Positions 42,035 through 55,188 of a stretch of DNA of 64,000 nt are shown here, piece by piece (position 1 is the first letter of the stretch; each line of letters starts with the position of its first letter). The DNA comes from Spirochaetia bacterium (GTDB taxonomy: Bacteria; Spirochaetota; Spirochaetia; SZUA-6; Bin103): assembly GCA_965208575.1 (NCBI GenBank), contig CBDBOV010000005.1, forward strand, positions 640,001 to 704,000, read 5' to 3'. The position numbers and the translations under genes are program-made. The notes under the pieces were generated by a model, which was not told where the DNA came from, searched no databases, and was given only the letters and a program-made list of their open reading frames with translations.

Positions 42035-42168
42035 GGACGCCACCGAAGCGTAGCTTGAACGCGGTTGGTTGCCAACCCGGCGCCGGTGCATGCTGGTGTA
42101 TGCGGGCGGCCCCGGACGCGTTGGCGATCCGTTGACACTGCGGCTCGGCTCGGCAAACAGTGGCGGCG

Positions 42169-43488
42169 ATGAATCCCAGCAATCCCAGCAATCCCATTGC
42201 CGAGCAACTCAATCGGAAGCTCGCTGACACTCCCATCCTCGATCTGCTGTCCGACTTCGGACGCCGGCTCTATTTCCCGCGCGGGGTGGTGGCGCAGACT
42301 GCCGAGGCGGCGCGCGACGCGCACCGGTTCAATGCCACGGTAGGCATGGCGACCGACGGCAGCGAGCCGTTGTACCTCGCCTCCATTCGCCGCCTGATAC
42401 CGGACCTCTCGCCGGAGGAGATTTTCGCCTATGCCCCCACCGGCGGGCTCCCTGAGCTGCGCCGCCGGTGGCGTGACGAGATCGCCGCCAAGAACCCCGG
42501 CCTGCGCGGTCCGGCATCGCTGCCGATGGTGACCAGCGGCCTGACCCACGGCATCACGGTCGCCGCCGACCTGTTCGTGGAGCGCGGCGACCTGGTGATC
42601 GTGCCCGACCTGTTCTGGGGCAACTATCGGCTCATCGTGGAGGAACGCCGCCAGGCACGCCTCGCCACGGTACCGTTCTACGGTGCGAACGACAGCCTCG
42701 GCGTGGACGCGCTGGCCGGCGCCGTGGGCGAGATTCCGGCCGGCGGCAAGGCGGTGCTGGTGCTGAACTTTCCGAACAATCCAACCGGCTACACCCCCAC
42801 GACGGCGGAGATGGCCGCCCTCGCCGACCTGCTGCGCGCGGCCGCATCGCGCGGCGTCAACCTGGTGGTGATCTGCGACGACGCCTACTTCGGCCTGTTC
42901 TTCGAATCGGAGAGTTGCCGCGAGTCCCTGTTCGCGTACCTCGCGGATGCCGACGAGCGCCTGCTCGCCGTCAAGGTGGACGGCGCCACCAAGGAAAACT
43001 ACGTGTGGGGCTTTCGCATCGGCTTTCTCACGTTCGCCGCCCGCGGCCTGACCGACGGCCACTTCGCGGCGCTGGAACAGAAGGTGATGGGGGCGGTGCG
43101 GTCGTCGGTGTCGAGTTCGAGCATGCTCGCCCAGAGCCTGCTGCTGCGGGCGATGCGCACCGGCAGCTATCACGCCGAGCAGCAGGCCAACCTGGCCGCC
43201 ATCGCGGAGCGTTACCGCCGGGTGCGCGCCATTGTCGGCGCCCGCGCCGGCGACGGCGGGCCGGTGCAGCCGCTGCCGTTCAATTCGGGCTACTTCCTGA
43301 CCCTGCGGGTGGCGGGCGGCAAGGCGGAAGTGTTGCGTCAGGAGTTGCTGCGCCGCCGCGGGGTGGGCACCATTTCCGTGGGCGACGACTACCTGCGGGT
43401 GGCGTTCTCGACCGTGGCGAGTGCCGACCTGGAGGCCCTGTTCGAGGAGATCTACTCCGTTGCCCGGGAGGTGGCGGGCGGCTCCTGA
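42169..43488 (+). CDS. Class I/II PLP aminotransferase
   Basis: NFPNNPTGY, DDAYFGL and GATKE..WGFRIG motifs. Confidence 0.9.
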   Translation: MNPSNPSNPIAEQLNRKLADTPILDLLSDFGRRLYFPRGVVAQTAEAARDAHRFNATVGMATDGSEPLYLASIRRLIPDLSPEEIFAYAPTGGLPELRRRWRDEIAAKNPGLRGPASLPMVTSGLTHGITVAADLFVERGDLVIVPDLFWGNYRLIVEERRQARLATVPFYGANDSLGVDALAGAVGEIPAGGKAVLVLNFPNNPTGYTPTTAEMAALADLLRAAASRGVNLVVICDDAYFGLFFESESCRESLFAYLADADERLLAVKVDGATKENYVWGFRIGFLTFAARGLTDGHFAALEQKVMGAVRSSVSSSSMLAQSLLLRAMRTGSYHAEQQANLAAIAERYRRVRAIVGARAGDGGPVQPLPFNSGYFLTLRVAGGKAEVLRQELLRRRGVGTISVGDDYLRVAFSTVASADLEALFEEIYSVAREVAGGS

Positions 43489-43508
43489 CCAGCCGCGGCG
43501 TGTTGTGG

Positions 43509-44843
43509 ATGGCGCGCGCCGGCGCGCGTGCGGCGGCGCCCCGCCGGCACTGGCCGGTGGCCGCCTGCGCCGCGCTGTTGGTTGCGGCGGCGGGTTGCGC
43601 ACGCCCGGCGGCGGTGGTCGAGTTGTGGAGCGACCGCGCCGAGCTGGCGGCATACGTCGACGCGTTCAACGCGGCCGGCGGGCCGGTCAAGGTGGCACTC
43701 ACCTACGCGCCGCACCCGGGGGGCCGGTTGATGAGCGGCGCGGCGGCACCCGACCTGGTGTTCGGTTCCGGCCTCGCGAGTCCGGAGCTGCACCGTTTGC
43801 TGGCACCGCTCGACCGCCTGCTGCGCAGCCGGCCGGCGGCCGACGAGTACTATCCGGAACTGCTCGCCGCCGGTGCCGCCGGCGGCCGCCAGTTCACCCT
43901 GCCGTTTTCCTTCAACCTGCCGGTAGTGGTGTTTGCACGCGCGGCGCTGCCGGACATCGACCAGTTCGTGCTGTCGGACGCGGAGATCCGGCGGCTTGCC
44001 GACGAGTTCGAAGCGCACGCGCGGTCGCTCGACGAAGCACAGCCGGGTGGGCGTGATCCCGAGTCTGCTGGGGACGAGCCGCCGCTGCCGGGCAGGGTCG
44101 GGATCCCGGTGCTGTGGAACGAGGGGCTGATCTACCTGCTCGCCCAGGCGCGGGGCGCCGGATTCGCGGCCGCCGAGGAGGGCACGGTGGCGATCGACCC
44201 GGCGCGGCTTGCGGCCACGGTGGCGGCGGTTCACGACTGGCTGCAATCCGGCCCCGGCGGCATTGCCGGCCACCGGCGGTTTGCCGACGTCTACCTGCAC
44301 CTGCCCCTCCACCAGTTGGTGATCGAGGGGCGCATTCTGCTGTTCGTGACCGACATTGCCAGTTACGCGCGCATTCCGGAGGAGCAGCGCGAGCTGCTCG
44401 ACTTCCGCTGGTTGACGGTGGATGGCCGCATCCCGCTGCTGGAGGACTATCGCTCGTTTGCGGTGCCGGCAGCGGCCGACAACCCCGCCGGTGCGGCACT
44501 GTTCTTGCGCTGGATTTCGCAGCCCCCGATACAGGCGCACCTGCTGGAGGCGGCGAACTTCACGTGGCTGCGCGGTTTCGGTCTTGCCGGCGGCTTCCCG
44601 GCACTGCGCGAGGTGAGCGAGCGCGTGCTGCCGCGCTCGCACCCGTTTCTCATCGGGCGCCTGCCCGATGCGGCGCTGCTGCGCGTACCGGAGCCGCCGC
44701 CGGTCGACTGGGCCGCGGCGCGGAGGGAGCTGGTGGAACCGTGGCTGCGCGCCGCCGCCGTCGCCGGGTCGCTGCCGCCGCCGGGGCAGCCGCGGCTTGC
44801 GCAGGCGGTCAGCCGATGGCGCCGCACCGTCGACGCACCCTAG
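43509..44843 (+). CDS. Extracellular solute-binding-like lipoprotein
   Basis: Lipobox AAGC, LPFSFNLPVVVF motif and adjacent sugar ABC ATPase. Confidence 0.7.
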   Translation: MARAGARAAAPRRHWPVAACAALLVAAAGCARPAAVVELWSDRAELAAYVDAFNAAGGPVKVALTYAPHPGGRLMSGAAAPDLVFGSGLASPELHRLLAPLDRLLRSRPAADEYYPELLAAGAAGGRQFTLPFSFNLPVVVFARAALPDIDQFVLSDAEIRRLADEFEAHARSLDEAQPGGRDPESAGDEPPLPGRVGIPVLWNEGLIYLLAQARGAGFAAAEEGTVAIDPARLAATVAAVHDWLQSGPGGIAGHRRFADVYLHLPLHQLVIEGRILLFVTDIASYARIPEEQRELLDFRWLTVDGRIPLLEDYRSFAVPAAADNPAGAALFLRWISQPPIQAHLLEAANFTWLRGFGLAGGFPALREVSERVLPRSHPFLIGRLPDAALLRVPEPPPVDWAAARRELVEPWLRAAAVAGSLPPPGQPRLAQAVSRWRRTVDAP

Positions 44844-45003
44844 CGGCGCGCGGCGGAATCCGGCTGCAGGGGCGCCATGTGCGTTGACATAATGGTTCGC
44901 TTTCGTTACCGTCGGTAGCGCAGCTATTCGCAAATATGAAATACCGGCACATCGGTTGACCGGCATCGCCGGCCCACCGAACGCCGGCAACAAGGAGCAG
45001 GAA

Positions 45004-46119
<1,116 letters not shown>

Positions 46120-46160
46120 TGAGCGTACGTGAACACTAGGTTGATACATCGGAACGGTGC

Positions 46161-47474
46161 ATGAAGATACATAGGCTTGCCCTCGCCATCCTGCTGCCCC
46201 TGTCACTGGTCTACTGCGCAACCACGCCGCCCGGAATGGAGGGCGGCAGGGACCCGTCCGGGACACCGGCGGCGTCCGGCAACCTCGCCGAAGAGTTGCG
46301 GCAGGCCCGCGTCGCGATTGCCCGTGCCGCCGAGGCGGACGCGGCGACCTACGATCCGGTCACGCTGCAGGAGGCGCGCGACGCTCTTGCCGAGGGCGAG
46401 CGGTTGCAGTCCAGCGACCCGAAGGCGGCTCGCGAAGCCCTGATGCTGGCGTCGCTGAAGGCGAATACCGCTTACCAGAACGCGCTCGGTCTGGCGCAGC
46501 GGGCCCTGGATCTGCAGATGACCGATCTCCTGGAGCAGCTTCGCGAGAATCAGGTGGATCAGTTTGAGCCGGAGGAATATGCCGACGCGGTCAGCGCCGT
46601 TACCGACGCGCGCGACCTGTTCGCGGCCGGCCGGCTGTCCGACGGCGCCGACACCGCGACGGACGCCATCGCACGCATGGAGCAGCTTCGCGACATGGTG
46701 GCCGATCAGCTTGCCCGGGTGCTCGAATTGAAGAGCGCAAGCGAAGGGTTGATGGACCGCATCGAGGCGGAGGGTTCGCGCCTCGGAGCGGAAGCGCAGG
46801 TCGCCGAGTTGCAGGAGCGTTACGAGGCGGGCAAGGACGCTCTCGATGGCTTTGCCCTCGCCGACGCCGAGCGCAACTTCGGGGCGGCACGCAGCGCCGG
46901 CCGCGCCGCGTTGCCGGCCACCGACGGCGGTGCCGGCGAAGTGACCATGGCGCAGGCCGACGAAATGATGCTCGTGGTGATGAACGAGCTCGAGGCCGCC
47001 TCCATGCTGGACGTGATCACCGACGACGAGATCGTGGTGGAGCCGGCGCCGTGGAAGGGCTCCCCGTACCTGGAGGACGGCGACGCCGGGCCGGACAGCG
47101 CCGCGCGCGAGGCGCTGCAGGCGATGGTCGGAGCCGGTGTCGAGGACGTGTCGCAGCACGTTCTGCTGGAACACGCCAAGGAGTTGTGGCGGCTGGGCGT
47201 CGACCGGCGCAACGCCGGCGAATACCGGCGTGCCGTGATCTACTTCGAGCAGGCGCGGCGCTACGGCGCGGCATTTGCCGAGTTCGCGGTCACGCAGATC
47301 TACACGGTGCGCTTGATTCCCGAGCGGCGCGAGTCGCTGTGGCGGATTGCGGAGTACGACTTCATTTACGGAAATCCATGGCTGTGGCCCAAGATCTGGC
47401 ATCGGAATCGCAAGCTCATCCAGAATCCCGACCTGATCTTTCCCGGCTGGCAGCTCTACATCCCGCCGCGCTGA
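46161..47474 (+). CDS. Helical lipoprotein with C-terminal LysM (spirochaete type)
   Basis: Lipobox LVYC and C-terminal ESLWRIA...YGNPWLWPKIW..NPDLIFPG. Confidence 0.85.
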   Translation: MKIHRLALAILLPLSLVYCATTPPGMEGGRDPSGTPAASGNLAEELRQARVAIARAAEADAATYDPVTLQEARDALAEGERLQSSDPKAAREALMLASLKANTAYQNALGLAQRALDLQMTDLLEQLRENQVDQFEPEEYADAVSAVTDARDLFAAGRLSDGADTATDAIARMEQLRDMVADQLARVLELKSASEGLMDRIEAEGSRLGAEAQVAELQERYEAGKDALDGFALADAERNFGAARSAGRAALPATDGGAGEVTMAQADEMMLVVMNELEAASMLDVITDDEIVVEPAPWKGSPYLEDGDAGPDSAAREALQAMVGAGVEDVSQHVLLEHAKELWRLGVDRRNAGEYRRAVIYFEQARRYGAAFAEFAVTQIYTVRLIPERRESLWRIAEYDFIYGNPWLWPKIWHRNRKLIQNPDLIFPGWQLYIPPR

Positions 47475-47493
47475 CCGCGCGCGGCGGGAGACC

Positions 47494-49044
47494 GTGGCAG
47501 GGCGTCCGTTGCCGTTGCGCTCCGAAACCCGCTTTGCAGGGACGGCGCGCCCGTTGCTGTGTCTCAGCCTGACCGAGCCGACCCTCGGCGCGTGCCTCGA
47601 CCAGGTGCGCGCCTGTCGGCACCTGGTCGACCTGGTGGAGTTGCGCGTCGACCTGCTGCACCAGGGGCAGTGGGCCGGTGTCGCTCGCTTCGCGACCGAG
47701 TGCCCGCTGCCGGCGATGTGCACCATTCGCCGCACCCGCGACGGCGGCGGGTGGATAGCGCCCGAGGCGGTTCGCCGCCGGCTGCTGACCGCCGCCGCCG
47801 GCGCCCGATTCCGCTACCTGGACCTTGAATCCGACCTGCCGACCGGCGCCGTCCCGCTGCCGCGTCGAGGACCGCGCATCATCCGCTCCCTGCACGACAC
47901 CACCGGCACGCCGGCGCGCCTTCCGGCGCTGCTGCGCGCGCTGCCGCGCAACGGGCGCGAGATTCCGAAGCTCGCGGTAACGCCGCACGGCTGCGCCGAG
48001 CTGGCGCGCATCGTGGCGGCGGCGCAGGCGGCACCGCGGCCGCACATCGTGCTCGGCATGGGATCCTGCGGCGTTGCCACGCGGCTGCTCGCCGCCAAGC
48101 TGGGCTCCTGGCTGACGTTTACCTCCGCCGGAGGGCGAGCGGCGGCGCCGGGACACCTGGACCCGCACACCATGCAACACCGCTACCGCTTCCATGCCAT
48201 CGGCGCCGCCACCCCGGTGTACGGCCTGATCGGCAACCCGGTCGCCCATTCGCGGTCGCCGGAGATTCACAATCGCGGCATGGCGGTTGCCGGGCTGCCC
48301 GCCGTGTACGTGCCGTTCCTGGTCGATGACGTGGGCCGGTTTCTCGATCTGGCTCCGTCGTTGGGCGTGCGTGGTCTGTCGGTGACCATCCCGCACAAGG
48401 AGACGGTGATGGCCTTGCTGCACCGCGCCGATCCGTCGGTCAGCGGCGCCGGTGCGTGCAACACCGTGGTGCTCCAACAGGGTCGCTGGGCCGGCTACAA
48501 CACCGACGCGGCCGGCTTCATGGAACCGCTCGCCGGGCCGTTGGCGCGCGGGGGCATCCGCCGAGCCACGGTAATCGGCGCCGGCGGTGCTGCCCGCGCC
48601 ATCGTGTGGGCGCTGCGCGAGGCCGGGGTCGACGTGCTGATCGCCAACCGCACGCTGCCGCGAGCGCGAGCGCTGGCGGCCCAGATGTCGGCGGCGGCGG
48701 TGGCGCTGACCGCCCCCGACCTGGCGCAGCGCGTGTCGGACTACGCGGACCTGATTGTGCAGGCCACCAGCATCGGCATGGAACGGCATGGCGACGGGGC
48801 GCAGGCAGCGATGCGCGATCCGATCGCGCAGGTGCCGCTCACCGGGCGTGAGATCGTGTACGACATCGTGTACGCCCCGCCCGAGACGCCGCTCCTGGCG
48901 CGCGCACGCGCGGCCGGCTGCACGCTGGTGTTCGGTCACGAAATGCTGCTCGGGCAGGCATACGAGCAGTTCCGCCTGTTCACCGGCGTGCCGTACCCCG
49001 CGGTCGAACGCAGCCGCCTGAGTACGTTGCTCGGACCGGATTGA
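47494..49044 (+). CDS. aroDE: Fused type I 3-dehydroquinate dehydratase / shikimate dehydrogenase
   Basis: VELRVD and SLHD motifs, followed by HSRSP, SVTIPHK, NTD and GAGGAA. Confidence 0.9.
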   Translation: MAGRPLPLRSETRFAGTARPLLCLSLTEPTLGACLDQVRACRHLVDLVELRVDLLHQGQWAGVARFATECPLPAMCTIRRTRDGGGWIAPEAVRRRLLTAAAGARFRYLDLESDLPTGAVPLPRRGPRIIRSLHDTTGTPARLPALLRALPRNGREIPKLAVTPHGCAELARIVAAAQAAPRPHIVLGMGSCGVATRLLAAKLGSWLTFTSAGGRAAAPGHLDPHTMQHRYRFHAIGAATPVYGLIGNPVAHSRSPEIHNRGMAVAGLPAVYVPFLVDDVGRFLDLAPSLGVRGLSVTIPHKETVMALLHRADPSVSGAGACNTVVLQQGRWAGYNTDAAGFMEPLAGPLARGGIRRATVIGAGGAARAIVWALREAGVDVLIANRTLPRARALAAQMSAAAVALTAPDLAQRVSDYADLIVQATSIGMERHGDGAQAAMRDPIAQVPLTGREIVYDIVYAPPETPLLARARAAGCTLVFGHEMLLGQAYEQFRLFTGVPYPAVERSRLSTLLGPD

Positions 49045-49195
49045 CCCCGCCGCCGGTCAGCGGTCTTCAAGGCAACCGCTTGGTGCGTCGATCATTGAAA
49101 GGAGAAGCACGGTGCGCGGCGCCACCGGGAGGTGAGCGGGTTGCCGGACGGCCGCGGCGCACGTCGGGCCGGTGCCCGGGACGCGAGGGGGGCAA

Positions 49196-50008
49196 ATGGA
49201 TTCGAGAAATCGGCTCTGGTGGGTCATGGGAGGGGTCGCCCTCCTGCTGGTGGTCGTGCTGACCGGAGGGCTGTACTGGTTGCGCCCGGTCGACAGCGTG
49301 GCGCGGGCCGACCTCGCCTTGCCGCGGCCTGCGCAGGACGCCCAACCGTTCGAGTTCGTCGCCACGCCGGGTGTGGCGGCGGCTCCCGAGAGGCCGCCAG
49401 GGGAGACGCCGACCGGCGAACCGGCCGCCGCCGACACCGCCGACACCGCCGACACCGCCGGCACCGCCGGCGCGCCCGACAGCTCGCCGGCATCCCCGCT
49501 GGCGGCGGCGCCGGCGGCGGCCGGGGAAGCCGCCGCCGACTCGCGGCAGGTTGCCGCCCGCCAACCGAAGCCGCGCATTACGCTTGACACGCAGGAGCCG
49601 GCCGGCGCCGCCGCCACCCCGGCCGCCGCCCCCGAGGTGCGTGCCATCGCCACCACCAGCGCGCGCACCGGGTCTGCCGACGCGCCGGCCGTGGCAGCGC
49701 CGGCGGCGGCGGCGAAGCGCAGCGTGCCGCTGGCGAAGCTCGCACCCAAGCTGCCACTGCACGAGTTCTGGGTACAGGTGGGCAGCTTCGCCAGCCGAGC
49801 GCGCGCCAACGCCCTCGAGCAGCGCCTCAGCGACCACGGCATCATCAGCCGCGTCAGCACGCGGTCCACCGACGCGGAGGTATTCTTCCGCGTGCGCGTC
49901 GGCCCGTACGGCAGCCGCAAGGAGGCGGAGAAATTCCTGGCGTGGGTGCAGCAGGTGGATGGAATGGACGGCAGTTACATTTCGGAGGTGCGCAACTCCG
50001 GCGGCTGA
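49196..50008 (+). CDS. SPOR domain protein (FtsN-like architecture)
   Basis: N-terminal TM segment, Ala/Pro linker and WVQVGSF..RVRVGPY motif. Confidence 0.88.
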   Translation: MDSRNRLWWVMGGVALLLVVVLTGGLYWLRPVDSVARADLALPRPAQDAQPFEFVATPGVAAAPERPPGETPTGEPAAADTADTADTAGTAGAPDSSPASPLAAAPAAAGEAAADSRQVAARQPKPRITLDTQEPAGAAATPAAAPEVRAIATTSARTGSADAPAVAAPAAAAKRSVPLAKLAPKLPLHEFWVQVGSFASRARANALEQRLSDHGIISRVSTRSTDAEVFFRVRVGPYGSRKEAEKFLAWVQQVDGMDGSYISEVRNSGG

Positions 50009-50033
50009 TGCGCCGGCCGCGGCCGGCGGCGCG

Positions 50034-51755
50034 CTACGTTCCGAGCGACAGGGCGACCGCGCTGCCGACGCCGATCAGGGCCACGAGCAGCGCCACGGCA
50101 AGCCGCTGCCATAGCTGCCGGCGATAGGTGGTGTTGACGTTGCGGTAACCGACAAAGCTCACCAGCGTGGCACGCCCGAGCAGCACCAGCGGCAGCAGCA
50201 GTGCGGCGGCCACCAGGTCGACCGGGAGCGGGGCGAACAGCGTCAGCGCCACGAACGACTGTGCCGGTTGCAGGTACAGGCTGGCCACGAGGCGAACGAT
50301 CCACACGGGGGCCAGGACGACCCACAGCAACGAGTGCCAGCGGTTGCGAGCCAGGTTGGCGAGCAGGACGCACAGCAGCGCCCAGACGAACGGATAGGCG
50401 AGCGCGACGTTCACTGTCGCCGCCGCCGCTACCACGACGAGCAGCATCACCGCGGCCGCGGCAAGGTAGAAGCTGGCGATCGGCGCCCGGCGATCCTGGT
50501 CCAACCATCGGCGACCGATCGCGTAGTGCGCGAGCGCGGCGACCAGCGCGGCCAGGCCAAGCTTCAGGGCCAGGAACAACAGCGGCGCTTCATGCCACAG
50601 GAGCGGGTTCCGTGCCGCCCGCGGCAGCAGGCCGAGCGCCGCGGAACCGGCGCCGAGCGCGGCCACCGCGACGGCCACCATCAACGGGATGCGCCAGCCG
50701 TACTGCCACAGCGTGCGGGTGGCGTAGCGGAGCTGGGTGGATGCGGCAAAGGCGTAGAAGATGACCGCGGCGATCGCCAGCACCACCAGCACAACGTAGT
50801 CCTGCTCGGCAACGATGAGCGGTGCCGTCGTGCCGCCGAGCAGGAGGTAGTTGCGGTCCCAGGCAGCGGGTATACCGTCTTCGTATTCGGCCGTGAACAG
50901 CACCAGAAACCGCGCCATCCGCGCCAGCCACAGGTCGGGATCGGCAGCGGCGCCGGCTGCGCCGGCCGCGTTCCCGTGACCGCTTAAGCGCAACGCCGGA
51001 TGCCCGGCGCGGAAAAACGGCGCCAGGCGTGGTTCCTCGGCCAGCCCGAGACGCACCAGGTCGTTGGCGTGCGCGGCCGGGATGCGTACCGGCTGGCCGG
51101 CCCCGTGCAGAGCGCTGAGCACGCCGCGCACGAGCCACGGCGGAGCCACCACCCGGTCGCCGCCGGTGTGCAACTGCACGCTGCCCGGGCGGCCGATCAG
51201 GTCGAAATACAGGACCGCGGTGGGCGCGTTGGTGAGGTAGTCCTGCAGAAAGGAGCGGCTGCCGAACGGGTAGCCGTGATCGGGGTCGCCCCGTTCGCCA
51301 CCCAGAAACAGGAAACGCACGGAAACGGGCGGACGGTCGGGGGCCTGGGCCAGGAATTGCGCGAAGCCGAGGATCAGCGCCAACGTGGATCCGTCCGTGT
51401 GCGGCTCCGCGTCGTGTGCATCGGCAAGCGCCAGCGGCACGGCGATCAGCAGCGTGTCGGCCCGGCGTCCCGCGACCGCCACTTCCACGATGGCCGATCG
51501 AGACTCGCCGAATGGCTCGGTCAGCGCGTGCAGCCGGGGCCTCAGGCCGGACAAGGCGAAGCGCCTGCGTATGTGTTGCGCCGCTGCCCACTCCATGGTC
51601 GACCTGTCGCCGTGCGCGGCGAGGTCGGAGAAGAACTCCACGTCCTCCTGGAACGAGCCGTACCAGCGCGGTGTATCCGCGCCCTGAGCCTGCGATGGCG
51701 CCGCCAGCGCGAGCAGCAGACCGGCGGCGGCGATTGCTCTTGTTGCACGGCGCAT
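50034..51755 (-). CDS. M28 peptidase-like domain plus multi-TM membrane protein
   Basis: Signal peptide, FLFLGGE..GS motif and hydrophobic C-terminal half. Metal ligands look degenerate. Confidence 0.6.
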   Translation of the reverse strand: MRRATRAIAAAGLLLALAAPSQAQGADTPRWYGSFQEDVEFFSDLAAHGDRSTMEWAAAQHIRRRFALSGLRPRLHALTEPFGESRSAIVEVAVAGRRADTLLIAVPLALADAHDAEPHTDGSTLALILGFAQFLAQAPDRPPVSVRFLFLGGERGDPDHGYPFGSRSFLQDYLTNAPTAVLYFDLIGRPGSVQLHTGGDRVVAPPWLVRGVLSALHGAGQPVRIPAAHANDLVRLGLAEEPRLAPFFRAGHPALRLSGHGNAAGAAGAAADPDLWLARMARFLVLFTAEYEDGIPAAWDRNYLLLGGTTAPLIVAEQDYVVLVVLAIAAVIFYAFAASTQLRYATRTLWQYGWRIPLMVAVAVAALGAGSAALGLLPRAARNPLLWHEAPLLFLALKLGLAALVAALAHYAIGRRWLDQDRRAPIASFYLAAAAVMLLVVVAAAATVNVALAYPFVWALLCVLLANLARNRWHSLLWVVLAPVWIVRLVASLYLQPAQSFVALTLFAPLPVDLVAAALLLPLVLLGRATLVSFVGYRNVNTTYRRQLWQRLAVALLVALIGVGSAVALSLGT

Positions 51756-51806
51756 GGGGTTATATTAGTCTGTAGCGGCCCGTTGTGCCGGGCACCTGGC
51801 GATGGA

Positions 51807-52319
51807 ATGATGGAGTTGCTTCCGGCTATAGTTGCACGGCGAAGTGCAAAGCGGTTCAATGCGAGGCAGGTCGGCATGGATTCCGTGGAGCGCATTCTGC
51901 AGGCCGGTCGGTTGGCGCCGTCGGCAAAGAACAGGCAGGAGTGGCGCTTCATCGTCGTGAACCGCCATGACCTCCGGGAGAAGCTCGCGTCGGCGTCGTT
52001 CGGCGCCGAGCAGATCGAAACAGCGTCGGTGGTCGTTGCCGTGTGTACCACCAACGTCGACTACCGCATGCCCAACGGGCAACTCTCATTTCCGGTCGAC
52101 CTCGGCATCGCGGCCGCGTTCATGATGCTGCAGGCGACCCACGAAGGCGTCGAGTCCTGTGCCATGACGACCTTCGACGAGCAGGAGGTGCAGGATCTCC
52201 TGAGCATACCTCATGCCATGCGCGTGGTGGTGATGCTGGCGTTCGGCTACACCGATCAGCAGGTGCCTGCGCAAGGCCGGAAGCCGCTGTCCGACATCGT
52301 CGCGTACAACCACTGGTAG
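51807..52319 (+). CDS. Nitroreductase family protein
   Basis: RRSAKRF and APSAKNRQEWRF motifs. Confidence 0.9.
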   Translation: MMELLPAIVARRSAKRFNARQVGMDSVERILQAGRLAPSAKNRQEWRFIVVNRHDLREKLASASFGAEQIETASVVVAVCTTNVDYRMPNGQLSFPVDLGIAAAFMMLQATHEGVESCAMTTFDEQEVQDLLSIPHAMRVVVMLAFGYTDQQVPAQGRKPLSDIVAYNHW

Positions 52320-52333
52320 GTCGCGCTCCGGCC

Positions 52334-52924
52334 ATGGCAGTCGAACCGGGGCGCAGCGCACGCCGCGAGCGGCGCACCAACGAAACACAGATCACCGTGC
52401 ACGTCGGGCTCGACGACGTCGGCGAAGTGAGCATCGACACGCCGGTGCCATTCTTCACCCACATGCTGGAAGCGATGTCGTTTCACGGCGGCTTCGCGCT
52501 GTCGGTGCGCGCGCGCGGCGACGTCGAGGTCGACCCTCACCACCTGGTGGAGGACGTGGGGCTGGTAATCGGCGACTGTCTGCGCGCGGCGCGCGGCACC
52601 GCGCCGGTAGCGCGCTTCGCCAGTGCCCTGGTGCCGATGGATGATGCGCTCGCGGAGGTGGTGGTCGACGTCGGCGGGCGCCCCTATCTGCACTACGAGG
52701 CGAGTTACCCGCAGCCGGTGGCGGGCGACTTCGACGTCGCACTGGTGCGCGAGTTTCTGCTCGCCCTGGCGATGCGCGCTCAGATCAACGTGCACGCCAC
52801 GCTGCGCCATGGAGCCAACGCGCACCACATGGTGGAAGCGCTGTTCAAGGCGCTCGGGCGTGCGTTGGCGGCCGCCTACGCCCCCTCACGGCGCGCCATG
52901 TCCACCAAGGGGCGCGTGGGCTGA
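52334..52924 (+). CDS. hisB: Imidazoleglycerol-phosphate dehydratase
   Basis: RRTNETQI, DPHHLVED and NAHHMVEALFK motifs. Confidence 0.95.
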   Translation: MAVEPGRSARRERRTNETQITVHVGLDDVGEVSIDTPVPFFTHMLEAMSFHGGFALSVRARGDVEVDPHHLVEDVGLVIGDCLRAARGTAPVARFASALVPMDDALAEVVVDVGGRPYLHYEASYPQPVAGDFDVALVREFLLALAMRAQINVHATLRHGANAHHMVEALFKALGRALAAAYAPSRRAMSTKGRVG

Positions 52925-52951
52925 CCGCCGGCTCCGACCGGGCGCGCGCCG

Positions 52952-53419
52952 TCAGTACTCTTCTATCTGCTGCCGGCCCGCGTCGGTAAGGAACTCCGGG
53001 ACCACGTATACCACCGGCGGCGACCCGGTCTTGGTGGCGCGCTGCTCGGCATGTCCCTTGCGCACCATCTCATCCAGGAAGGCACGCGATTCGTCCAGGC
53101 TCCAGGGTCCGCTGGTGGCCACCAGCGCGGGCGACACCAGGCCGCCGCCCGCTCTCGCGATTCGTAGAATCACCTGCTCCAGCGACTCGACCACCGGTGC
53201 GGCGGCCTCGCTCAGCAGTTCCCGCTCGTCCTCGAACGCCCGCTCGCGCACCATGGTCGGAATCCGGAACAGGTCCACGATCGCTCCGATCCCGAACACG
53301 CCGCCGGTCAGCAGCCACAGCACGCCGGTACCGTACCTGCGCAGGTAGAAGCGGTGCAGGCCGAGCGAGCCGAGCCCGCCGACCGCCCACAACAGGTATG
53401 CGATGAACAGGGAATACAT
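52952..53419 (-). CDS. TM2 domain protein with C-terminal wHTH-like domain
   Basis: [22 protein letters not shown] motif. Confidence 0.88.
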   Translation of the reverse strand: MYSLFIAYLLWAVGGLGSLGLHRFYLRRYGTGVLWLLTGGVFGIGAIVDLFRIPTMVRERAFEDERELLSEAAAPVVESLEQVILRIARAGGGLVSPALVATSGPWSLDESRAFLDEMVRKGHAEQRATKTGSPPVVYVVPEFLTDAGRQQIEEY

Positions 53420-53476
53420 GCTGCCTGCCTGAGAGTATATCCGGTCAGCCCCGCGCGTGGCGGGCGCCCGGCGTGT

Positions 53477-54810
<1,334 letters not shown>

Positions 54811-54814
<4 letters not shown>

Positions 54815-55188
54815 GGTTCCTCGCTCCTTTGCCGCTCGCGCTCATTTTCGGCCTCATGCAGCGCGGCCTGCAAGAGTGCCTGTGCCCGCTCCTCGGCGAA
54901 TGCCGCACGCAGCAGGCGACGCGCCGCCGCGGTGCCGCCGCCGGTGGTTGCCGAGCCGGGCACAACGGGATAGCCGAACGCCTCCATCGTGTGCCGCCGC
55001 TCGCGCGGTTCGATGCCGCCAAGGGCGGCAACCTCCCTTGCGATGCCGACTACCTCGCGTTCGGTCAGCCCGGTCAGAACCGGAGCCGACCGTTCGGCGC
55101 CGAGCAGCAGCAGAAACTTCGCAACCTGCTCGAAGCCGCGGTCGCGCTCGGTGCCGCGAACGAATCCGCGGGTGGCCGCGTCGCTCAC
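54811..55188 (-). CDS. FliG N-terminal-domain-only protein (truncated FliG-like)
   Basis: VAKFLLLLG.E.SA.VL..L.E.EV..IA.EVA and GG..AARRLL..AF.EE.A motifs. No middle or C-terminal domain. Confidence 0.65.

Noticed and set aside
49425-49470. GCCGACACC tandem repeat
   Set aside because: An in-frame ADT repeat in the SPOR protein linker; ordinary low-complexity expansion.
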